Origin: Candidatus Sysuiplasma acidicola
GTDB lineage: Archaea > Thermoplasmatota > Thermoplasmata > Sysuiplasmatales > Sysuiplasmataceae
DNA: 64,000 nt
Direction of reading: 5' to 3'
Assembly (NCBI GenBank): GCA_019721035.1
Contig: JAHEAA010000003.1
Location: forward strand, 54,994 to 118,993
Shown: piece by piece, positions 56,184 to 64,000 of the stretch
How positions within the stretch are numbered: position 1 is the first letter of the stretch
Layout of the letters: each line of letters begins with the position of its first letter
Made by a program: the position numbers and the translations under genes
Notes under the pieces: generated by a model
Seen by the model: only the letters and a program-made list of their open reading frames with translations
Told to the model about the DNA's origin: nothing
The model's database searches: none

Positions 56184-57641
56184 TCAATCCTCGTCGGTTA
56201 CAGTGAAACTTCTCGATACGCCGCCCGGCATTGGGTTCCGCAGTATGGATATCAACGTTGCAATTACAAGCAGGATCGCTGAAATTTCAAACGCAAAGCC
56301 CTGGCCAGTGAGATACTCACCTGCCAGTCTGGCTGGCAGCCTCCCGACTATATCGCCGACAAACAGGTGGTAGACATATGCTGCCGGAATGACGCTAGTT
56401 GCCGCCACCAGTGAGAGAGCAAAACTCAGCACCATGCCAGTGCTTCTGAACGTGTTCATTATGCCGGATGCAACGCCGTACTTGTTGCCCGGCGTCGCAG
56501 ACATTATTGCGCTTGTGTTTGCCGGCCAGAAGAGTCCTCCTCCGACGCCGTACAGTCCCTCCACGATTGCAACGAAGAGAAGAGGCGTCGTAAGGCTCAG
56601 CCTGCTCAGTATGATCAGAACAATTGCCTGCACTGCGAGACCGGATGATGCCACGACCCTCGATCCTATCCTGTCGGTGAGCACACCTGCGAAGGGACCC
56701 ACAATCGATGTCATGACGGCCATCGGTATGATGAGGTATGCCGCAGTGAGAATCGGAAGTCCGTCTATTCCCTCGAAATAGAACAGCAGCAGGAAGTTGG
56801 CGCTGAAAACCGCTATCGACTGAAGTATTGCGCTTATGATCGAGAAAGTGAACACCCTGTTTCTGAACATGCCAAAATCGACGATAGGATCATTGCTGTA
56901 TTTCGCTTCCCAAATGCCGAATAATGCGAAAAACAGCGGTGAAGACATCAGTGCGGTTATCGCAACAGGATCCGTCCACCCGTGAAGAAGGCCCCAGGTT
57001 ATGCCGAACAGGAGAGCTATCAGGCCGAGTGTGAACAGAACGGCAGCCTGAATATCGAATGTCTCAACTTTCCTGCTTCCGGTTTCCTTTGACTCCTTCA
57101 ATGTCCTGTATGCCCACAGTGTTCCGAATATGCCTATCGGCACATTGATGAAGAATATCAGTCTCCATGTTGTAAAAGCGATTATCACACCGCCCAGGAC
57201 GATGCCCAGGACGGAGCCTGAACCCCAGACTATTGAGTTGAGACCGAACGCCCTTCCCCTCTCAGACGGGGGAAAAGCCTCCGAAACTATCGCGAACGAA
57301 TTGGCTATGAGCATCGCAGCTCCTATGCCCTGAACGGCGCGGAAGAGTACAAGCTCGGTTCCGGTAAGCGCGGCACCGGAAAGCCCTGAACCAATTGTGA
57401 AGACAACGAAACCGAGGTTGTACATCTTCTTCCTGCCGTATATGTCGGCAATCCTTCCCAGACTCAGGACAAGCGCAGTGCTCATCAGTATGTACGCTAT
57501 GATCACCCATACTATGGTGACGAAATTCGACTTCAGGCTGGTCGCTATGGGAAAAAGGGCGAGTATGACGATCGTGCTGTCAACCGCCGACATCGCTACA
57601 CCTATTGAAGTGACGGAGAGAGCTTTCCACTTGTAGTCCAT
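56184..57641 (-). CDS. MFS transporter (DHA2-like, ~14 TM)
   Basis: 485 aa, highly hydrophobic, MFS motif region GRIADIYGRKKM. Confidence 0.8.
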   Translation of the reverse strand: MDYKWKALSVTSIGVAMSAVDSTIVILALFPIATSLKSNFVTIVWVIIAYILMSTALVLSLGRIADIYGRKKMYNLGFVVFTIGSGLSGAALTGTELVLFRAVQGIGAAMLIANSFAIVSEAFPPSERGRAFGLNSIVWGSGSVLGIVLGGVIIAFTTWRLIFFINVPIGIFGTLWAYRTLKESKETGSRKVETFDIQAAVLFTLGLIALLFGITWGLLHGWTDPVAITALMSSPLFFALFGIWEAKYSNDPIVDFGMFRNRVFTFSIISAILQSIAVFSANFLLLFYFEGIDGLPILTAAYLIIPMAVMTSIVGPFAGVLTDRIGSRVVASSGLAVQAIVLIILSRLSLTTPLLFVAIVEGLYGVGGGLFWPANTSAIMSATPGNKYGVASGIMNTFRSTGMVLSFALSLVAATSVIPAAYVYHLFVGDIVGRLPARLAGEYLTGQGFAFEISAILLVIATLISILRNPMPGGVSRSFTVTDED

Positions 57642-57769
57642 GCAGCCGCTCTCTAGATCGTTCTTGTATATAGCGCTCCCGAAATTTGCTGCCGCATGCA
57701 GTGCCCGTTCAGGCTCTGCTGCTGAGATGCACCGGCATCAAAGAAGCATTTTTAACGGCAAACACCGTC

Positions 57770-58177
57770 ATGACGTATCGCGAGAAAATGAAAACCAAGT
57801 TTGTTTACACCGGCATCAGGGTCAGCAATCTGGAAAAGTCAATCGATTTCTACACCAAAATTCTGGGAATGCACGTGAAGAGCAGGCAGAAAATCAAGGA
57901 GGCGAGTGGCGAGGTTGTTTCGATGGCCTGCAGCCCCGAGGGACCGGAGCTGGAACTGAATTACTATGACAGGGGGAGCATGTTCGATGCACCGTATACT
58001 GTGGGTGAGGGTCTGGATCATCTCGCATTTTCGGTGGATGATCTGGACGCCGCTGTCGAGGAGTGCGCGAAGGCAGGGCATCCCGTCGTGCAGGAAATCA
58101 GAACTGAGAGAAGCAGATGGGTTTATGTCAGGGATCCGGACGGAAACTACATCGAATTGTTCGTCTCTTCGTCATGA
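57770..58177 (+). CDS. VOC/glyoxalase-family protein
   Basis: FVYTGIRVSNLEKSIDFYTKILGM...GLDHLAFSVDDLDAAVEECAKAGH...DPDGNYIELF fits the glyoxalase I / VOC fold. Start set at ATG 57770. The ORF-track TTG at 57686 adds 28 aa. Confidence 0.6.
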   Translation: MTYREKMKTKFVYTGIRVSNLEKSIDFYTKILGMHVKSRQKIKEASGEVVSMACSPEGPELELNYYDRGSMFDAPYTVGEGLDHLAFSVDDLDAAVEECAKAGHPVVQEIRTERSRWVYVRDPDGNYIELFVSSS

Positions 58178-58242
58178 CAGAGCGCAGTGCCAATTCGTTC
58201 ATTAAACCGCCGCGCAGCAAAGCCGGGTGCGCAAAGCTGCCG

Positions 58243-58258
58243 TTTTTCAGTCTGTTTT
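58243..58258 (+). terminator. T-rich tract (TTTTTCAGTCTGTTTT) downstream of VOC gene
   Basis: Oligo-T runs about 65 nt after the VOC stop, a possible archaeal-type terminator. Lies within the 3' end of the convergent lysS gene. Confidence 0.2.
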
Positions 58259-59749
58259 ACGCTTCATCTGCGGAAAGAGGATTACCTCCTTTATTGATTC
58301 CACATTGGCGAACACCATGCATATCCTGTCTATGCCCAGGCCAAGGCCGCCGGTCGGCGGAAGCCCGTACTCCATTGCCGTGATATAATCGGCATCGTAC
58401 GGATGCGCTTCCTCGTTTCCTCTCTCCCGTGCCTTCTTCTGGCTTTCGAAATTTTCCTTCTGCTGAATGGGATCGTTGAGTTCGGAAAACGCGTTTCCAA
58501 ACTCGAAGCCGCAGACAAAGGGCTCGAAACGTTCTGCGAATCTCGTATCGCCCCTCTTCCTCTTGGCCAGCGGGCTGATTTCGGCAGGATGGTCGAAAAC
58601 AATGGTAGGCTGCACTATATGTTCCTGAACGCGCTGGTCAAACAGCTCCGCTATGAGCTCTCCCGCGCTCATCTCATCCTTGATGTTCTCGAGCTTCAGT
58701 TTCTTTGCGACCTTCATCAGTTCTTCCCTGTCACCGAAGTCGACGTCAATCTCGCCCACGTTTCTTATGGCGTCGACCATTGACATCCTTTTCCACGGCG
58801 CTCTGAAATCCAGATGCTGATCACGGTAGTTCAGCTCATATGAGCCGGTAGCCTCATGCAGAGCGTAGCTCACCATGTTCTCTGTCAATTCCATCATGTC
58901 TCTGTAATCTGAAAATGCTTCGTACAGCTCCAGCATTGTGAACTCAGGGTTGTGCGTCGTGTCCATATCCTCATTCCTGAAGTCCTTTCCAATCTCGTAC
59001 ACCTTTTCCATTCCGCCGACTATGAGCCTCTTCAGGTATAGCTCGGTCGCTATCCTCAGATAGAAATCCTGCTCCAGAAAGTTGTAGTGTGTTGAAAACG
59101 GTCTGGCAAGTGCACCCCCGGGCACCGGTGTAAGCACCGGTGTCTCGACTTCAATAAAATCCCTTTCGTCCAGCCAGCCGCGCATCGCGCTGACAATCCT
59201 GCTTCGCATGATGAATATCTTCTGCACATCCTCGTTCACTGCCAAATCCACGTAGCGCATCCTGTACCGCGATTCGACATCTCTCAGTCCGTGGAACTTC
59301 TCCGGAAGGGGCCTGAGTGATTTTGCCAGCTGCGTGAATGATGAAACGTCTATAGTGATTTCGCCGCGTCTGGTCTTGAATGCATGGCCCTCGACGCCGA
59401 TTATGTCGCCCGCATCGGTGTCCTTGAATGACGAATACGCTTCAACTCCGAGTTTGTCCTGTCGTCCGTATATCTGAACCGTGCCGGACCTGTCCCTCAG
59501 ATTCATGAAGCACGACTTGCCGTGATCCCGGACAGACATTATGCGACCGGCCACACTGACTGTTTCGGCCGACGGTTCGTGTCCTGCATCTGCAAATTTT
59601 TCCTTTATTTCATCGGCCGTGTGCGTCCTCTTGAACGAGTACGCGAACGCTTCCACTCCATTCTCTGTCAGCTTCCTGAGTTTCTCGCGACGGATCTCGA
59701 TGAGTCTGTTTATTTCCTCTTCAGTGCGCTGTTCTCCGTCTTCTGACAT
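58247..59749 (-). CDS. lysS: lysyl-tRNA synthetase, class II
   Basis: N-terminal OB-fold anticodon-binding region followed by class-II motifs 1-3 (FRNEDMDTTHNPEFTMLELY..., GGLGLGIDR). Confidence 0.9.
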   Translation of the reverse strand: MSEDGEQRTEEEINRLIEIRREKLRKLTENGVEAFAYSFKRTHTADEIKEKFADAGHEPSAETVSVAGRIMSVRDHGKSCFMNLRDRSGTVQIYGRQDKLGVEAYSSFKDTDAGDIIGVEGHAFKTRRGEITIDVSSFTQLAKSLRPLPEKFHGLRDVESRYRMRYVDLAVNEDVQKIFIMRSRIVSAMRGWLDERDFIEVETPVLTPVPGGALARPFSTHYNFLEQDFYLRIATELYLKRLIVGGMEKVYEIGKDFRNEDMDTTHNPEFTMLELYEAFSDYRDMMELTENMVSYALHEATGSYELNYRDQHLDFRAPWKRMSMVDAIRNVGEIDVDFGDREELMKVAKKLKLENIKDEMSAGELIAELFDQRVQEHIVQPTIVFDHPAEISPLAKRKRGDTRFAERFEPFVCGFEFGNAFSELNDPIQQKENFESQKKARERGNEEAHPYDADYITAMEYGLPPTGGLGLGIDRICMVFANVESIKEVILFPQMKRKTD

Positions 59750-59867
59750 TGTGCTTCATCCCGGCCGTCGCGCTTCTGCGCGCAGACGACGACACAGGAA
59801 AACGCTCATTGAATAAGCTTTTTGTCGAAAGCGGCGCGCAGTTAAGGCTGAGAAGAGATCCTGACAA

Positions 59868-60479
59868 TCAGCTCTCGAGCACGGTCTTCAGCTTCTGGTA
59901 TTCGTCCGGCGTAATCTCTCCTTTCACGAGTCTCATCTTCAGTTCGGCGAGCGGATCCTGTTTCTGCGCTCCTCCTCCGTCTATGATTACGTGCCTCGCC
60001 TGTTCTGCGGCCCCAGCTATCTTCTGATTGACCGCCTGAACAAGCTGCTGCGTGGTCTGTCGCAGCTTCTTCCAGAAAGTCCATATCTCATTGACACCCA
60101 TGCCTGTTATTACAATCCTGTCTTCAACAACGCCCTGCTGAAACTCGATGGAATTGATCTTGTCCCATGTGAACTGTCTGCTCTCGAAGGATATGAGTCC
60201 AGTCGACAGAAGGAAGAGTCTCTGACTCGTTATGACCAGCCAAGGATGGCCAACCTGTTCCCCTCTTGTAGTCTGCATGCCGCGCATACCGCCCATACTG
60301 CCAACCGCCATACTTCCTTCAACATGCGATCCGGCGATGCCCCTCAGAGCCATCTCTATTTTCTCGCCGGGAAGGAGCATGGGCTGAAACTTTTCCATGA
60401 TCTTCTGCGGCAGTTCTGTGAACTTGGCTTCCGGCTCATCCGATCCGCTGTTGCTTCCGAATAATGGCATATTAATCAC
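59868..60479 (-). CDS. bacterial-PH-like (bPH/DUF304-type) + SHOCT domain protein
   Basis: C-terminal PLAELKMRLVKGEITPDEYQKLKTVL is a SHOCT motif. The central region has a PH-like pattern (GEKIEMALRGIAG...WLVITSQRLFLL). Confidence 0.45.
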   Translation of the reverse strand: MINMPLFGSNSGSDEPEAKFTELPQKIMEKFQPMLLPGEKIEMALRGIAGSHVEGSMAVGSMGGMRGMQTTRGEQVGHPWLVITSQRLFLLSTGLISFESRQFTWDKINSIEFQQGVVEDRIVITGMGVNEIWTFWKKLRQTTQQLVQAVNQKIAGAAEQARHVIIDGGGAQKQDPLAELKMRLVKGEITPDEYQKLKTVLES

Positions 60480-61070
60480 AATTTTCTCCTGAATGTGAGT
60501 AGATGGGCCATGGGATTTATGAACTGTTCGCCAACAATATCAGTTCTGTTTTCATTGAGGAGATGAGGGAATCACCTGAGCCAATGCATATGAACCGAAG
60601 AGAGTTAAATGCCTGGGCGAGAAGGAGAACGTCGTGAACGTCATAGTGTCGATGGGTATTATGGACAGGATACTCCGTCTCTCTACTTTGTATATTCAGC
60701 CCATAGGTGGCTCCGGTTTCATGATTGCCTCGAGGGGAATGGGTCTCAACAGACTTGGCGGTACAAACAATTTTCAGGGACTGGATCCGGACGAAGCACC
60801 TGAGATTCAGCAGTTAGTTTTACATCCGCGCGATTTAGGGAAGAAGGAAACAGGCAGAATACTTTAGATGGAAAAGTGCGATTGAATGTTTTCCTTGAAG
60901 CATGAAATAAATTCGATTCCATACGAAAGGCTTATTAGTGCGTCCATCTTGGGCAGAAGAAGAAAGAGGAATAATTACATGGCAAAAATCCCCGTGTATG
61001 GTTTACTTCACCCTGAGATGGTGTAGTACAGAGCTGTTTTTTGCACGCAACCGCGGGTCTGGAATCGGGG

Positions 61071-61958
61071 GTGCCTTATCTGTCTGCTGAGTACAGACTG
61101 CGTATTGCGATTCCGGGAAGAGGCCGACTGAGAGAGGGCGCAGAAAAACTGCTCTCCGTAGTGGGCATAGATCTTCCGCCTCCCGGCGACAGGACACTCG
61201 TCTCCGAAGATGAACGTTCCCGTTACCAGCTGCAATCGGTCAGAGCCAAAGATATCATCGGACTGGTGAAGTCCGGCTCCGCAGACATTGGAATAACGGG
61301 ACGGGACCTTGTCATGGAATATGGTGACGGCGCGGTCAGCGAGCTGATGGAGCTCGATTTTGGAAAGTGCTCTCTCTGCATCGCTGTCCCCGAGAACTCT
61401 TCCGCAACTGACGCTACAGAGCTCTCCGACGGTATCAGAGTCGCGACAATGTTTCCCAATATCACAGGAAGATTTTTTGAGAAAATTGGCAGGAAGGTGC
61501 AGCTTGTAACAGTCTCGGGCACGACAGAAGCTGCTCCGATGATAGGCATTGCCGATGCCATATCTGATATTGTCGAAACGGGTGCAACGCTCCGTAGCAA
61601 CGGTCTCAGATCTCTCTGTGTGGTGGCTGAATCAACAGCCGTCGTGATAGCAGGCGCCGGGGCGCTTGAGAAGAGAAGGGAGGAAATCGACGAATTCCTC
61701 TGCCTCCTCAGGAGTGTCCAGGATGCCAGATCGAAGAGATATCTGATGGTCAACGTCCCATCGCACTCGGAGGTTGCCGTCAGGCGGCTTCTCAAGGGCA
61801 TGGAGGGACCGACATTCATGCGCATTTCCGGAAGAGATGATTTCTTTGCGCTTCATTCAGTCGTGGAATCCAGTGAAATAAACACGCTGATACCCGGACT
61901 CAAGGCACTTGGATGCACAGGCATACTCGTTTCAAGGATAGAGAGGCTGGTTCCGTGA
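61071..61958 (+). CDS. hisG: ATP phosphoribosyltransferase, long form
   Basis: YRLRIAIPGRGRLREGAEKLL..., signature GxxDxGITGxDLV (GSADIGITGRDLV), and a C-terminal regulatory domain. Start is uncertain: GTG 61071 or TTG 61041. Confidence 0.8.
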   Translation: MPYLSAEYRLRIAIPGRGRLREGAEKLLSVVGIDLPPPGDRTLVSEDERSRYQLQSVRAKDIIGLVKSGSADIGITGRDLVMEYGDGAVSELMELDFGKCSLCIAVPENSSATDATELSDGIRVATMFPNITGRFFEKIGRKVQLVTVSGTTEAAPMIGIADAISDIVETGATLRSNGLRSLCVVAESTAVVIAGAGALEKRREEIDEFLCLLRSVQDARSKRYLMVNVPSHSEVAVRRLLKGMEGPTFMRISGRDDFFALHSVVESSEINTLIPGLKALGCTGILVSRIERLVP

Positions 61959-63274
61959 ACGCGGGTCTGTTCGTGTGCAACAGCGCCAGGGATTGTGCGT
62001 CGGCAGCCGCCGCTCTGAGAAAGCGGCACGCATCCACGAATGACATCGATGCTGTCGTCGAACGCATTCTTGAGATGGTGCGCACGGAAGGGGATCGCGC
62101 GCTCCTGCAGCTGACAGAGGAACTCGACGGCGTAAGGCTGGAAACGCTGATGATCGACGGCTATGAGATAAAGGCACTGTCTTCTGATGTCGACGGCGAC
62201 ATTCTGGATGCAATGAGGATTGCGGCGTCGAATATAGGGCGCTTCCACTCCGGTGGTCTCCCTGCGGGACACATGCTTGAGTTTGACGGATCGCGTGTGG
62301 AACGCGAATATGTACCGCTCAGGCGCGTGGGCATCTACGTTCCAGGTGGAAACTTTGCATATCCTTCGACAGTGCTAATGGCAGCCATTCCGGCCAGGAT
62401 CGCCGGTGTCGGAGAAATAGTGCTCTTCACTCCGCCTGACAGGAGCGGCAGGCGCCTGCGTTATGTGGCCGCAGCCTGCCTGCTGTCTGGCATCGAAAAA
62501 ATATACACCGTCGGTGGAGCCCAGGCGGTGGCAGCCATGGCGTTCGGCACCGAGAGCATACGGAAGGTGGACAAGATTGTCGGTCCCGGTAATTCCTATG
62601 TTGCACGCGCCAAAGCGATCGTTGCTTCTCTCGGCCTCACCGGCATAGATTCAATTGCAGGTCCGACAGAGATACTCGTGCTGGCAGACAGAACGGCAAT
62701 CGGGGATGAAGAGATAGTTGCCTCAGAGCTGATTGCACAGATGGAACACGGCTCGGGTGCGTGCGGCGTTCTGTGCAGCGACAGCGAAGAACTCATAGCT
62801 GCAGTCACCGAACGGATGAACGCCAGACTGGCCCGCGCGGGAATGCCCGCTTCGTCAGCGATGGAGCACTACAGCACTGTTCTGGCTGCATCCCCGGAAT
62901 ACATGGAGCAGTTTGCGGAAGAGTACGCGCCCGAGCACCTGTTCGCGGTGGGCGAAGTGGCTGAGAATATCGGCAACAGGGTGAGAAATGCAGGATCCGT
63001 ATTCATAGGCAGATACTCTTCCGTCGCGTTCGGCGATTACATCACCGGGACAAATCACATACTTCCGACGATGGGGACGGCCCGTTTCTCCTCTCCCCTC
63101 CAGGTGACCGATTTCATGAAGGTGGTAGAACGGCAGAGGATCAGCAGCATCACGGCGGAGAAACTCTCCGCATACGGCTCAACGCTAGCTAAATCGGAAG
63201 GGCTGTCCGCACATGCGGCGGCCATGGAATTGAGAGGCCGTTCCAGTGGAGTAACGGGTAAGGATGTGCAATGA
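61955..63274 (+). CDS. hisD: histidinol dehydrogenase
   Basis: Signature blocks IYVPGGNFAYPSTVLMAAIPARIAGV, GPTEILVLAD, QMEHGSGAC, APEHL. GTG start 61955 overlaps the hisG stop (GTGA). Confidence 0.85.
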   Translation: MNAGLFVCNSARDCASAAAALRKRHASTNDIDAVVERILEMVRTEGDRALLQLTEELDGVRLETLMIDGYEIKALSSDVDGDILDAMRIAASNIGRFHSGGLPAGHMLEFDGSRVEREYVPLRRVGIYVPGGNFAYPSTVLMAAIPARIAGVGEIVLFTPPDRSGRRLRYVAAACLLSGIEKIYTVGGAQAVAAMAFGTESIRKVDKIVGPGNSYVARAKAIVASLGLTGIDSIAGPTEILVLADRTAIGDEEIVASELIAQMEHGSGACGVLCSDSEELIAAVTERMNARLARAGMPASSAMEHYSTVLAASPEYMEQFAEEYAPEHLFAVGEVAENIGNRVRNAGSVFIGRYSSVAFGDYITGTNHILPTMGTARFSSPLQVTDFMKVVERQRISSITAEKLSAYGSTLAKSEGLSAHAAAMELRGRSSGVTGKDVQ

Positions 63275-64000
63275 ACCCGAAGGTGAAACCGGAATCGATG
63301 GCGAGGGAAGAGATTGTCTCCGCTGAAGAATATCTTTATGTTTATCCGCGCGGCGAAAATTCGGTAAAGATGAATGACAACACCAGTCCGTATGGGCCCT
63401 GCCCGGGTGTCAGGAAACTGCTCGAGGGAAGGGCATCAGATATGATAGGCGGACTTCAGGAATGCGCTTATTATCCAGATCAGACTGCAGAAAAACTGAG
63501 GAATGCGATAGCATCGCTCAACGGTGTTACGCCTGAACAGGTGGTCGTGGGCTGCGGAGCAGACGAGATACTGGATATGCTGACGAGAGTGTTCATAAAC
63601 AGGGGAGACAGGGCAGTTGTCCCCGTTCCTGCATACTGGATGTACAACCGTTTTGCCTCGCTCAACGGGGCGGAAATCGTAAGCCCGTTCATGGGAAAGC
63701 CGCCGTCGCTGGAAGGTTTCGATCCAGGCCAGGGCAAGATGCTTCTCATTTCGAGTCCCAACAATCCTGCGGGTAACGTCCTGGGCAGCGAGAATATAGC
63801 CTCTCTTGCCTCTTCGTTCGACGGCATCGTTGTCGTAGACGAAGCTTACGCGGAGTATGCGGACACAACCGTTGCGCCGCTCGTCAACGAATTCGGCAAC
63901 CTTGTCGTGGTGAGGACATTCTCGAAGATATACGGCCTGCCTAATTTCAGGATCGGTTATTCGATTTCCGGTGATACCACTGCATCGCTCCTGAGGAGGA
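63271..64000 (+). CDS. hisC: histidinol-phosphate aminotransferase (5' portion; continues beyond window end)
   Basis: ATG 63271 overlaps the hisD stop (ATGA). Translation ...VVVGCGADEILDMLTRVF...MLLISSPNNPAGNV...VVVDEAYAEYAD...VVVRTFSKIYGLPNFRIGY has class-II aminotransferase blocks including the PLP lysine context (FSK). No stop codon before position 64000. Confidence 0.75.
   Translation, partial: MNPKVKPESMAREEIVSAEEYLYVYPRGENSVKMNDNTSPYGPCPGVRKLLEGRASDMIGGLQECAYYPDQTAEKLRNAIASLNGVTPEQVVVGCGADEILDMLTRVFINRGDRAVVPVPAYWMYNRFASLNGAEIVSPFMGKPPSLEGFDPGQGKMLLISSPNNPAGNVLGSENIASLASSFDGIVVVDEAYAEYADTTVAPLVNEFGNLVVVRTFSKIYGLPNFRIGYSISGDTTASLLRR

Noticed and set aside
60609-60867. Two overlapping 64/77-aa ORFs in the spacer upstream of hisG
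   Set aside because: No start context and composition typical of non-coding sequence. Kept only as part of the possible leader/ncRNA observation.
1-64000. CRISPR arrays, IS elements, integrases, prophage or toxin-antitoxin pairs
   Set aside because: No direct-repeat arrays of 24-40 nt with regular spacers, and no transposase-, integrase- or phage-like ORFs. The Cas4-like gene is isolated, so no CRISPR locus is claimed.

Overview
This 64-kb window reads as a gene-dense chromosomal segment from an archaeon, most likely of the Thermoplasmata lineage (inference). Supporting signals: glutamate synthase domains encoded as separate proteins (archaeal-type), a DUF835-type sensor, a Thermoplasma-like glucose dehydrogenase next to a GH15 enzyme, substrate-binding proteins with C-terminal TM anchors, secreted proteins rich in N-glycosylation sequons, and many 4-nt ATGA/GTGA gene overlaps. 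I found no rRNA, tRNA, CRISPR array, transposase or integrase. Contents from 5' to 3': (1) sulfur-trafficking module: TusA-like, SQR-like flavoprotein, DsrE-like, triple-repeat DUF1641 protein; (2) two membrane proteins, then a 1351-aa multi-GAF/PAS sensor ending in a DUF835-like domain with a co-directional Zn-ribbon gene; (3) saccharopine-dehydrogenase-like gene and a split or frameshifted solo Cas4-family nuclease carrying a TM hairpin; (4) nitrogen block on the minus strand: amt, an SDR, and glutamate synthase split as an FMN-domain gene plus a GATase-GXGXG fusion; (5) ilvBNC operon with a hairpin in its leader; (6) sugar block: aldo/keto reductase, glucose dehydrogenase, GH15, cyclase, FAH; (7) Lhr helicase and Rdx protein; (8) the most interesting part: a locus carrying MurQ-like etherase, MupG/DUF871-like glycosidase, NagZ-type GH3, a beta-lactamase-family SxxK hydrolase, two divergent Opp-family ABC importers, a GH18-like secreted enzyme, two alkaline-phosphatase-superfamily hydrolases and an MFS transporter. 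This resembles a peptidoglycan-fragment / amino-sugar scavenging system in an organism that presumably has no murein wall; (9) VOC protein, class II LysRS, bPH-SHOCT protein and the start of a hisG-hisD-hisC operon. All calls rest on reading motifs in the translations; I ran no database searches.
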